A stretch of 64,000 bases of DNA. It comes from Lama glama. Lineage: Eukaryota. Made by a program: the position numbers and the translations under genes. Positions 25,287-36,870 of the stretch are shown one piece after another. Every line of letters begins with the position of its first letter. Positions within the stretch are counted from its first letter, which is position 1. Where the stretch lies: assembly GCA_028534125.1 (NCBI GenBank), contig CM052817.1, positions 94,428,001 through 94,492,000 on the forward strand. Direction: 5' to 3'. The notes below the pieces were generated by a model that was given only the letters and a program-made list of their open reading frames with translations, searched no databases and was not told the origin of the DNA.

Positions 25287-26590
25287 ATTTTTTTGCTTAT
25301 TAATACAAGTCTTTAAGGTAATGGATTTTTCTTTTCAGTACTGCTTTTTCAGTACTGCTTTATCTGTGTCAAAGATAATAACAGCTAACATTTATTAAGT
25401 GCTTAACATATTTTAGGGACTGTTCTAAAATTTTTCAGCAGCACCGTTAAGTAGTTATGATTATTATCACCACCATTTATCAGTGAAGAAACAGCCCTGA
25501 GGAAACAGACAACAGTAACAACAACACTGAAACAAAGAACGTACTTTTCCAAGTCAGCCAGCCATCAAAGGTCTCTATGAATATGGGAAGCAGGGCATCT
25601 GCTAAGATTTGTCTCAGCTCTGATCTCTGATTAGTCCAAATTAATTTTTTACATACCAAACAAAGCACTAATGCATCTCTCTCTGCTGGCTTGTGAAGAA
25701 GAGAATTTGCCTTTGTTTAATACTAGGAATTGCTTAACAGGCACGGATAAGTTTGCAAGGAAAGTCTGGAGACAGAAAGATGGCAAAAATGAGGCAGGGT
25801 TGTTCATATGCTCTGTGTGTGACTCACCACTGATAGATGAGTCACTGGGGCTAGGTGGAGGGTCAGATACAATACTGACCTTCCTCATTGCACCCCAGAC
25901 AACTGGACTTTTCTTATATCATCTTATATCCCCCTCCCAGATTTCTTCACTTCTAAAAAAGTCAAGAATCAGTACTTGGACAAGTGGTCAAGAAGCAGCA
26001 GTATGCTGGCTTCTTTACGGGTAATCACAGAAAGAGAGAGGACACACATGCTTGCAGGCTTATATCTGTATTACAAATAGGGGTATGCTCTTTTAAAATC
26101 AACATAATAACACCCTCCTAGATGACCTGCACACACTCCCTTCATCCTAGGTCATCTGAGTTCATTCACACTGGCTGCAGCTTATTGGAACAGGTATGGA
26201 CATCACATTCAAAGTAGGTCAGTAAAGATCTCTTTCCTAGGAGTTGGAAGACAGGGACTTCAGTTAATTTCTGTTGGACTTTTAATTAGAGAGACTATTT
26301 AAAACTGGGTCTCGGCAATCATGAGCACACTAAAACAAAGAAAGTGAGAGAGAGGGAGAGAGGGAGAGACGGAGAGGGAGAGAGAGAAATGTGACATATA
26401 TGAAGTGTCAATAGAAATCGAGGGTTCTGTGACCCCAGGAGAGAGAGAGAAAATAACCTCGTTTATTAACTTTCAGTCCCTGGTTCCAGTTTTTTTGTGA
26501 GACCTGATTGTTTCTCCTACCATTGAGTTTCATGAGACAGTCTTACGTTTTTTTCTTTTGCTTAAATTTAATTCATTGAGTTCTGTTGAT

Positions 26591-27356
26591 TTTTTTTTAC
26601 ATTTTTTATTGATTCATAATCATTTTCCAGTGTTGTGTCAAATTCCAGTGTTCAGCACAATTTTTCAGTCATTCATGGACATATACACACTCATTGTCAC
26701 ATTTTTTTCTCTGTGATTTATCATAACNNNNNNNNNNNNNNNNNNNNNNNNNNNNNNNNNNNNNNNNNNNNNNNNNNNNNNNNNNNNNNNNNNNNNNNNN
26801 NNNNNNNNNNNNNNNNNNNNNNNNNNNNNNNNNNNNNNNNNNNNNNNNNNNNNNNNNNNNNNNNNNNNNNNNNNNNNNNNNNNNNNNNNNNNNNNNNNNN
26901 NNNNNNNNNNNNNNNNNNNNNNNNNNNNNNNNNNNNNNNNNNNNNNNNNNNNNNNNNNNNNNNNNNNNNNNNNNNNNNNNNNNNNNNNNNNNNNNNNNNN
27001 NNNNNNNNNNNNNNNNNNNNNNNNNNNNNNNNNNNNNNNNNNNNNNNNNNNNNNNNNNNNNNNNNNNNNNNNNNNNNNNNNNNNNNNNNNNNNNNNNNNN
27101 NNNNNNNNNNNNNNNNNNNNNNNNNNNNNNNNNNNNNNNNNNNNNNNNNNNNNNNNNNNNNNNNNNNNNNNNNNNNNNNNNNNNNNNNNNNNNNNNNNNN
27201 NNNNNNNNNNNNNNNNNNNNNNNNNNNGCGATGTTCTGTCGGAGTTCCGCAGGTGCTCTGGTTGGCTGAGTGGGTCTGTAGATGTGGGTCTTGGTGTATT
27301 TGTGGGAGAGGGTGACTTACAAGCGTCCTTCTACTCCGCCATCTTGCCCGGAAGTC
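26591..27356 (-). mobile_element. Young L1, probably full length; interior lost in the assembly gap
   Basis: Poly(T) plus 3'UTR at 26591-26727. L1 5' start GACTTCCGGGCAAGATGGCGGAGTAG with YY1 site at 27356 down to 27228. 13-bp TSD gagttctgttgat at 26578-26590 and 27357-27369. Confidence 0.85.
26728..27227. other. Assembly gap (500 N)
   Basis: Run of exactly 500 N. Confidence 1.
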
Positions 27357-27789
27357 GAGTTCTGTTGATAGACAGTAACTGAACAAACAGTCCCTAACTA
27401 TGAAAGAAATGTTAGCACCAAAGAATTTGAAAGGAGAGAAACACAATGCAATGCCAAGTGGATATATATGTATACCTTAAAATAGCATATTAAAATCTGT
27501 CCTACATTCCATGGTACACCTTGAAATATGTTTATTCATGACTAGAATTGAAAGAGGTGATAATGTATGCTAAATTAGAATGGTGAATATTATATAATCA
27601 CAAAACTAAAAGGAGAACTGATGATAATTAGGTTGTCTTATTTTCCCCACATATTTCTTGAAGGGGGGAAACTATGCCATTATAATACAGTATGGCACCC
27701 GGATAAGAAATATTATTAAATATTAAACATTTAAAAGTTTAATATAGGATTTGGCTTTGGCTTCTTTTTTGCTTTTTAAAGTTTTCTAG

Positions 27790-28725
27790 GCCTCTCCTCT
27801 CCCGGCCGAAGACAGAGCTGCCGGGACCATGTTCGGTCGCAAGCTGACGGCCCTCGACTACCACAACCCTGCCGGCTTAAACTGCAAAGATGAAGCAGAA
27901 TTTAAAACTTTATTGTTTGACTTGAAGACCAGAAAATCAGACACTACAAGATTGAAGGCAGAGGTAATCTACGAAACATCCATAGCAGTGACTGGCCTAA
28001 GTTCTTTGAAAAGTATCTCAGAGCTGTTAACTGTCCTTTCAAGATTTAAGATTGACAAGAAGCAATCGACTGGCTTCTTGGTTTAGCTGTTAGACTTGAA
28101 TATGGAGGCAATGCTGAAAAATACAAGGACTTGGTACCTGATAATACAAAAAATGCTGACAGTGCAGCTAAAAATGCAGAGCCATTGATCAATTTGGTTA
28201 TAAATAATCCTGATTTTAAGGCTGGTGTAACTGCTTTGGCTAACCCTCAGATTAGAGTCATGATTACCTGGTAATGCTTAAGGCAATTCGCATTTTGGTC
28301 CAGGAGTGCCTGACACAGGATGCAGTTGCTAAAGCAAATCAAACAAAAGGCGGCCTGTCTGTTGCTTTAGATAAGCATATTCTTGGTTTTGACACAGGAG
28401 ATGCAGTTCTTAACGATGCTGCTCAGATTCTGCGATTGCCGCATATAAAAGAGCTCAGAGAACTACAGACAAAAATTAACAAAGCCATAGTAGCTGTTCA
28501 GGTGATTATTGCCAATCCAAAGACAGACCACAGACTGGGGAAAGTTGCAGATGAATGTTTTAAGATTTCAGCTTCTCACCTACTTAGTACAGCTGGGAAC
28601 CAGGGACACTTTGGCATGTGTTTGGAAATGTCATGTTTTTGAGGGAAGAATCCCAGAAAACTGACTATGTTCCAGAGATTACCGTCGTTGCTTTTTCTTT
28701 AATAAAGTTGGGGCAAGTGAAAAAA
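27790..28725 (+). pseudogene. RTRAF: Processed pseudogene of RTRAF (C14orf166/CGI-99/hCLE, tRNA ligase complex subunit)
   Basis: Intronless. ATG 27829 gives MFGRKLTALDYHNPAGLNCKDE; C-terminal part MLKAIRILVQE...DKHILGFDTGDAVLN...PKTDHRLGKV. Frameshift ~27904, stops in the ancestral frame (~27918, ~28047, ~28053), more indels ~28245-28262 and before the ancestral stop at 28552-28554. AATAAA 28701, poly(A), 12-bp TSD aaagttttctag (27778-27789, 28726-28737). Confidence 0.96.
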
Positions 28726-29146
28726 AAAGTTTTCTAGCAGCAGTTATTCCTCACGTGTTAGAATTCCACCTGAGCAAGAAGTTGAAATTTTTAAGATAAT
28801 TTGTTGAATAGGCTATATTCAACAAATATGTATTGAATGCCTCTTCTGATCTGAGCATACAGTCCTAAACCCATCTGGTGTCTAACAGGTTAGGCCACAG
28901 GAAGTTGTTTCTAGATACGTGGAAAGATCAGGAGGAAGCAAAGCCCGGGAGAACAAGCATGAATTGCCAGCCAGTGAGGAGCACATTCAGGTCAGACTCT
29001 ATCTGGCTCCAAACCGTCTGTTCACTTCCTGTCCAGCCAGTGGACTAAATCTCCGACCTTGAAATCCAAGGCTCCCAGAAGAACTAAGACTTTCATGATC
29101 CCAGAAAAGAACTGCAATTTGCAGGATGAGAAAATGAAAGCACTGG

Positions 29147-29639
29147 TGTGATTGAGTCCAAATTGCTCACCCCGCCACATCAATAAATTGGGAGATGAGC
29201 TGTTGTGGCAAGGAATAATGACTTTATTGGGAAAACCAGCAGACAGAGAAGACAGGGTAATAGCATCCTAAAGAACCATCTTACCCACGTCAGAATTCAG
29301 ACTCCTTTTCTACTAAAAAGAGAAGGAGTGTGGTTAGTTGTTGCAAACTTCTTGGTGTCAGACTCCTTTGTTCTTGCAGCTGCCCACCTAGGTCAGGTTA
29401 TGATGTTCCTGTAAACCTCCAGCAAGACGTGCAACTTTTTATCTCTATACAAATGGGGAAGTGTTACACCCTTAAAGGTCAGAGCCTTGAGAATGGGCTC
29501 TTCTGTAAGTTTTAGGCCATAGGCAACATTCTATCACAAAAGATGAAGAACCAGCACGACTCACCACTGGAAACAGAGCACAGGTTCAGAGCTAAAGGAA
29601 CAGATTAACATGGAGTTAGATTTGTTCTTCCCTATTACA
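29147..29639 (-). mobile_element. ERV1-type solo LTR (same family as 22771-23298)
   Basis: tgtgattgagtcca...cctattaca, near-TSD ctgg/cttg, AATAAA on minus (~29223-29228). Confidence 0.85.
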
Positions 29640-30454
29640 CTTGTTCAGAAAAATCCAGAAGGTAGCAGTGTATTCTTTTAAGAAGAGATCAGCTAGAAAT
29701 GTGCTTCACGCAAATAGAGCTAAACTACAGAGTACAACATACAACATCACGACCAGTCCAAAACCAAAGAGCGAGAACATTTCCTGACACACAAATTTCT
29801 ACAGGAGGAAAGAGAATGTGAAACAATACACCCTCTCAGCACCCTCTCACATGCAAGGTAAAATTAACACTAATTTACACATTTTAATCTATACTTTTAT
29901 ATACATTCCAGGGAGACCTAGGGGATGAGTAATGTGCTAATATTGATCTCAGATAATTACTTGCTACCACATCTCTCTGATTTGCCACCAGCAAATGGTG
30001 AAGCTTGGGGTTAGGAGAAAAAAAAAATCAAATATCACTACTCAGGTAAGAGCAGACAAGTATGTAAGGAAAAAAGAGAAAAAAATTGTTGAATTTTGCT
30101 TGTTAAAACATCTACTGCTGACTACCACTGAATATGCATGAATGACACTTCTAATAGCCATTTTCGTATTTACAAATTTGGCATACTGGCAGTTGAATTA
30201 TTAGATAAAACTTTCAAGTTCTTTTGCTTAACATAAAAAGGCAACAGATACCTCAGCAAGCCAGCAGACAACCTAGAAGGCTATTTTAAAAACACTGCTG
30301 AGACTTCCCTTCCTTTAGAATCTCTTAAATGGTCAATATAAAGAGAAGCAATTTGGAATCCTATTACAAACTTACACCACAATCCCAAAACCTGTAAAGA
30401 AAGTAACAACATCTCAACACCAAAAACACCCCAAATCTCGAACAGTAAGGGCAA

Positions 30455-30666
30455 TAGATTTGTAGAAACTAACTACTATACATAAAATAGATAAACAACA
30501 AGTTTACAGTAAATAGCACAGGCAACTGTATTTAGTATCTTGTAGTAACCTACAATGAAAAAGAATATGAAAGGGAATATACGTATGTCCATGTATGACT
30601 GAAACATGATGCTGAACACCAGAAATTAACACAACATTGTAAACTGACTATACTTCAATAAAAAAA
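30455..30666 (+). mobile_element. L1 3' end
   Basis: ...acaccagaaattaacacaacattgtaaactgactatacttcaataaaaaaa. Confidence 0.8.
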
Positions 30667-33421
30667 GGCATCACTATATCCAAAATAAAAATAAAAAGTG
30701 AGAGCACTAATTCCCTGTTACATTCACTTTTACACAAATCTCTCTACAGCTGTGCATAGTCTACCAGCAATGGCTCAGTGAATCTCTATTCAAATGATCT
30801 GAGGTAAGACTACGGAGTAAGATTTTAAAAAGATCTTTCCTCCCACAGTTCTCCAAGATACAATTGTTGTACTTTAAGAAGTTGGTAAGCTAAAAAACCT
30901 AGAGTATTACATACTCTTGATGGTTCTATAAAAATATTCCAACCATATGTGAAAATTGTACCAAGAACACATTTCAGTTTTACCCTAACACTGTAAAATA
31001 TATTAATTGCTTAGGGTTTTATTCATCTAATTGATTAGGCAAAATTCAATTGACTTCAGAGTAATATAGTTTATAAAAGAAAAACTGGATGTTTATAAAA
31101 TTGGGGAGATAGAAAACAAATCTTGGTCTCACATTGATATAGATACAAACAGCCTTTAATATTCTATTTATGTAACAAGAATTTGCCATTAAAAACGGCC
31201 TTTGACTGTTTTAACTTATATTATTAGCTTTAAACATCTTGAAATAATCCAAGTATTTTAAAGCACTTGTCTGATAATATAATTCATCTGGAATAATACA
31301 TGAAACTTCCCATAAGATTTCTCAGAGAATAAATCTGTGGCTGCATATTCTGAATATGTGGATCCATTAAGCTAATTTTGTACACGGGCAGTTTTATGAC
31401 CAAAACGCAAAGCTTGTCAGGCTAATTTTTAAAGCAAAGTTAACTATGACTACTAAACTCGACACAGTAATTTTTGATACTTGATATCTACTTATTTATC
31501 CCAAAGGTATAATTTCCTTCCATATAAATAATTGCCTCCCTTTTGACCCCCAAAATAAAACATACACTTAAAAACAAAGCAAGACAAAACAAAACAACAA
31601 CAGAAGCCCTTCTAGCATGGATATTTCTACTTAATTCACATTTTTTATATCAGATTTTAAGTATATATGATCAGGTCCTGAATGTTCCTTATTTAATCCT
31701 TTTAAATCACCTCAACATTTCTCTGAACTTACATGCATCAATTAATCGTTAACTATAATGCTAAAGACATGGAGCTACACTAAAACATGAAACCAAAATG
31801 TAAGGAATGAAGTTAGAGAGGTAAAAAAGAATCTAAATTATACTTATTTGTCTCCAAGAATGATAAACTTGCTACATTTGTTTAATAAATTGGCAATAAA
31901 ATCACTATTTAATAACAAAAACCCAGAACATCACAGTAAGTTAAAAGTATCTGATTAGAAACAGTTTGACATATTAAAATTTTATAAAGCAAAACCAGTA
32001 ACTTAAATGATCATATTTAACATACAAAAACAAAAACACTAATAATATAGACTTTGATAGCATTAAATAACCATATCTATTTCAGGATTATATGGTAAAT
32101 GTTAATATTTCCACCCCCAGGTTCTGCAGGTAAAACAGAATGTAATTCTGAGATATATTTCCACCCAAATCATGTTTTCTAGTATTCAATTCAAAAAGAT
32201 CTACCAGCAACTGAGAAGGTGAATGTATTTCACCTTTCTAAACATATTTTTATATGAACATCCTAAATTATCTACATGAGAGACTAGCATTTCAAGAGTG
32301 AAAAATTCATTTTTCTTATAGTGCATCAGCATTAAAATTTTTACACCAAACAGCTAGAATGTTTATTAAAATTAGTCTTATTAAGGTAAAACTTAAAGAA
32401 TTACTCTGGAACATCTTTATTTCAACAAACAGATGAGACAGAGGGAAGCAGTCACAGAATCATGTTACATTTATAGTGTCACATAAAATGTAGATTAAAT
32501 TATCAAAGAAAGGATTCAACTGACATCTTTAAAGCTTTTTGCAGATTTAACGAATAGTTTATTCTGCCACATGCTGGGCCTTAGAATTACTTGGCTGAGA
32601 TTTTATCATTCTGGTGACCAGACTGCATGCCAGACTTTTAAACCAGTACTTTGGGGTTAGACTTAGGTATCAATCATTTTGAGAATTTCCCAGGTGATTC
32701 TAATGTGCATTCTTTCTCTATGTGGTATTTTGTTTGTTTGTTTATCTGTTTTGAGATTATGTGTAAATTTTCACATTTATCCACATAAATTTATCTGTGG
32801 AACAAATTCAATTATTTTTTAGCATCAATAAATTTCAATTAAAACCAATTTTTTCGATGTTTTTAATTGAGGTAATATCAGATTAAGACATAAATTATTT
32901 TCACAGTGGTACCATTTTCAGGAACAAATAATTATTAGTAGAAACTATAAAATCACACAATGTAGAGAATAAGATTGAAAAAGATGCAGCGAGAAATGAG
33001 ACTTAAATCTTAACAGTGATGCAGTGTATTGATTAGATAGGGCTGCCGTGACAAAATACCACAGACAGAAGGCTGAAACAACAGAAATTCATTTTCTCAC
33101 AGTTCTGGAGGCTGGGAAATCCCAAATCAAGGGGTTGGCAGGGGTGCTTCCTCCTGAATAAACGTAGCTTTCCTCAGCTATCCCAGAATTCTGAAATCGT
33201 AAAACTAGAATAACAGGTAAGACAGTAGGCGACCAATGCGTGATGTGTTATATTTATAAATAAAAATGAATTTCTTTTTTACATTATCTTTTCGCTTCTG
33301 ATGTTTAGTGTTAGTAATATGTGTAATATGTATAGTGTTTTGTATCATATAAGACAATATTTATGTAGGTACTGATAGATGATTCATCTTGTAAACCGAT
33401 GACATAAACTTACAGTATCAA

Positions 33422-33808
33422 TCAATGCAGTATTATAAATGTATTTTCTCTTCCTTATGATTTTCTTAGTAACATTTTCTTACCTCTAGCTAACTTTATT
33501 GTAAGAATACAGTATAAACAAGTTTATACTGTATAGCACAGGGAACTATATTCAATATCTTGTAGTAACTTATGGTGAAAGAGATTATGAAGAAAAAAGT
33601 ATGTTCCTATATGATTGAACTGTTGTGCTGTACACCAGAAATTGCACAACATTGTAAACTGACTAAACTTCAATAATATATATATAAATATAACTTAAAA
33701 AGAATACAGTATATAATACATGTAAGTTTGAGGGAAATCAAAAGTTAGAGATTTTCTACCATACGTGGAATTGGTGCCTTTAACCCATGTTGTTCAAAGG
33801 TCAACTGT
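33422..33808. mobile_element. Tigger2/MER8-like DNA transposon fragment interrupted by an L1 3' end (33517-33699)
   Basis: Tigger2-like text ending tgttgttcaaaggtcaactg. L1 insert flanked by TSD aagaatacagtata (33503, 33700). Confidence 0.7.
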
Positions 33809-35685
33809 GTAAAGAAAGCTGCCATAAACATTTATGTGCTGGTTTTTATCTAGACACAAAATTTCAAATTAGTTGAGTAAACACCTAGAAGTGTGATTGC
33901 TGGATTGTGTGGTAAGGTTATGCTTAGCTTTGTATGAAACTGCCAAATGAATGAGAGTTCTGTTGCTCTATATCCCCATCTGAAGACTTTTATAGAGGAA
34001 TAATTTACAGTAGTATGGGCAGGGTTTAGGGAAGCAAGGAAGGGATGGCATAATACCCTGGAGTATTAGCAATAATGCGTGTGGAGGGAAAGAGAACTGG
34101 AGAGAGCAGATGTAGTATGGAGTGAGCTGCCTCTTTGGAGTTAAGGCTTTGGGGAGAGGGGTACAGAAAACCAGCCAACTCTTGGAGATCCAAAGAGCAG
34201 AGATTCATGGTAGAGACTATCCCAATTTTACTCTTCTCCCATCTCCTGATTGTTTCCCTGTCTGTGCCTCCCATTGACCAGACCTAACTGGAAACCAGAG
34301 CAGGACTCCTTTGATGCGATCTGAACAGGTCAACTGCTCCTTGCACAGAGTAGGCTGGAAAGAAGTTGACGATGTCTTATGGGTCAAATGAAAATGCCTA
34401 GCATTTACATTCCTGCAAATTTTTACAATTGTTTTCCCCCAAAATTTACTTTTGGCATTTCAGATTACTTCCTCTTGGATATATTTCCAATACTGGTATT
34501 ACTAGACCAAAGAAGATGAAAATTTTTGAAGGCTGCTGATTTGCTTGTACATACCACATAAAGGATATCTAAAATTTTGCCTATCATGGTTCTAAGAGCT
34601 TATGATTTCTCTGTTTCAGCATCATTTTTGGTATTTATAACTAATGAATATATACTTTATTACATGTGTTATATGTAACATATATAATACATAATTTTAT
34701 ATATTTCCATAGGTATTCAGTATTTCTTTCATTATTGGCACATGGAAATTTTAATTTAATTTGGGAACAAGAGTGTATATGATGCAAGGGGTCAGGTACA
34801 CATTAAAAACAAGGGTCAGTTTATTTTTCCATTTTAAAAAATGAGTAAATTAAATGTGTCTATCTACATATCTATTGATATAAATACAGATTTTTTCAAA
34901 GATAATGGATAACATTTGTTTTCACAAACATATGATGAGTAGTCTCCCTTTAAAGACATGATGATCATGGCTTTAAATGTGGGTTCAGATTGTTTATCTG
35001 AGTCTTTAACACTGCTAGTTCCTCATTATAAGTGCATTCCTCATGAAAACTACGTCTGTAGCCTGTTTTTGTTTCTACTCATTTCAGATTTTTTCCAATA
35101 ACAGTGACCTCCCTGGTGTTGCTGTGGGCTTCATGCCTCTCTCGTCTTTCTTGACTGCCTCCACTCCAATCGAGAGTATTGGTAGCTCCCAACATTGCTG
35201 AAAGAAGTCATTGAAGAGGTAGCACAATTTGTGAATCCTTTGTTCTTTCTCATTTAATAGAAATAGACATTTTTTTATTCCACTGAAAATGCTCTTGCCA
35301 AGGTCACCGGTGACTCATTTTTTGCTAAATCCAGTGAACACTTACAAGTTTTTATTTAATTATTTGACCTTTCAGCAGTATTTGGCATTACTGATGATTA
35401 CCCTTTTCTGGAAGCACTGTCATTCCTTGGCATCCAAGACACTGCACTCTCCATGTGTTTCAGGTCTCTGAAGCCAGACTGTCTGGGCTCAGCTCTTGGC
35501 TCAGACACTGATTAGCTGCATGACCTTGAGTAAGACACTCAACATCTTTGGGATTCAGTTTTCTTGTAGTTAATAATAATAACAGTACCTATCTCTTAGG
35601 GTAGGTGTGAGGACTTATGTAAAATCCTGCATAAAATGATTCAAATAATACTTGGCACTTCTGCACCACTTAAATCAGCAGTGTG

Positions 35686-35835
35686 TGGTGTGCTGGTAAA
35701 CCAGCTCTCCGGAAAGTAAAGCCCTGATTTGTAGTGTTACCAATTTCTTTTGTATAAATGCCTTCCACGGCCTTAAATACACCCACCATTCCTGACTATT
35801 TAGCAATTGGCTTCCCAGGAACTGGCTTCTGCGCT
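35686..35835. mobile_element. MER63-like hAT DNA transposon
   Basis: gtggtgtgctggtaaaccagctctcc...aaagccctgatttgtag. Confidence 0.7.
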
Positions 35836-35994
35836 CTCCTGACAGCTGCCTCTGTCCTTGGCTTTTTAATCTCCTCTGCTTGGTCTCTACTGTGGGCTCC
35901 CCTTCCTTCCATTCTGAAACACCTTTGCTCTTTGGTGTTCTGTGCTAGGCTTTCCTATTGTTTTACTGTGTACATTTTCTCAAAGCAATCTCAT

Positions 35995-36870
35995 CCAGTT
36001 TTAAAAAGTCGATATATAGTTTACATATTATACAATTCATCCACTTAAAGTGTACAGCTCAGTGGTTTTGTACATTCACAACATGGTACAACCATCACCA
36101 CCATCAATTTCAAAACACTTTTCATCACTTTCCAAAGAAACTCAGTCTCTATTAGCAGTCAGTTACTCCTCCTCATCACCATACCCAACTATTAACCACT
36201 TTCTGTCTCTAAAAACTTGCCTATTTTGGATATTTCATATAAGTGGAATCATATAATAACGTGGTCCTTTGTGACCATCTTCTTTCACTCGGCAGGATGT
36301 TTTCAAGGTTCAGCTATGTTGTAGCTTGTATCAGTATTTCATTCCTTTTTATTGCTGAATGATATTTCATTGTAATTATGTGCCACATTTTATTTATCCC
36401 TTCTTCAGGTTGTTTCTACTTTTTGGCTATTAGGAATGATGCTGCTATGAACCCTGGCGTATATGTTTTTGTGTTGGCATATTATTGTTTCTCTTGAGTA
36501 TGTATCTAGAAGTGGCATTGCTATGCTCAACGGTAAATCTATGTTTGACTTTTTGAGGCCCAGCCAAAACTGTTTTCCAAAGAGGCTATACAATTTCACT
36601 GGTAGTGTACAAGGAGTCCAATTCCTCTTCACTCTTGCCAACACTTGTCATTTTCTGTCTTTATGATTATAACCAGCTTAGTGAGTGTGAAATGGTATCT
36701 CTTTGTCATTTTGATTTGCTTTTTCCTGATGGCTAACGATATTGAACATCTTTCCATGTGACTATTGATCATTTGTCTTTCATCTTTGGGGAAATGTCTA
36801 TTCACGTTCTTCATCCTTTTTAAAGTTGGGTCACTTGTCCTTTTGTTTTTGACAATCTCATCCATTTTTA
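35995..36870 (-). mobile_element. L1MB-like 3' end
   Basis: Antisense ORF2 C-terminus (RHFPKD..QM.N.HMERCS.SLAIR..QIK.T.RYH) and 3'UTR. Confidence 0.85.

Noticed and set aside
26635..27446. The two longest ORFs (226 and 241 aa)
   Set aside because: Artefacts of reading through the N gap.
27829..28554. Functional RTRAF gene
   Set aside because: Intronless with TSD and poly(A), and carries frameshifts and premature stops.
29920..29980. Box C/D snoRNA-like motifs (ggatga...ctga)
   Set aside because: Imperfect C box, no terminal stem, and no rRNA-complementary guide recognised.
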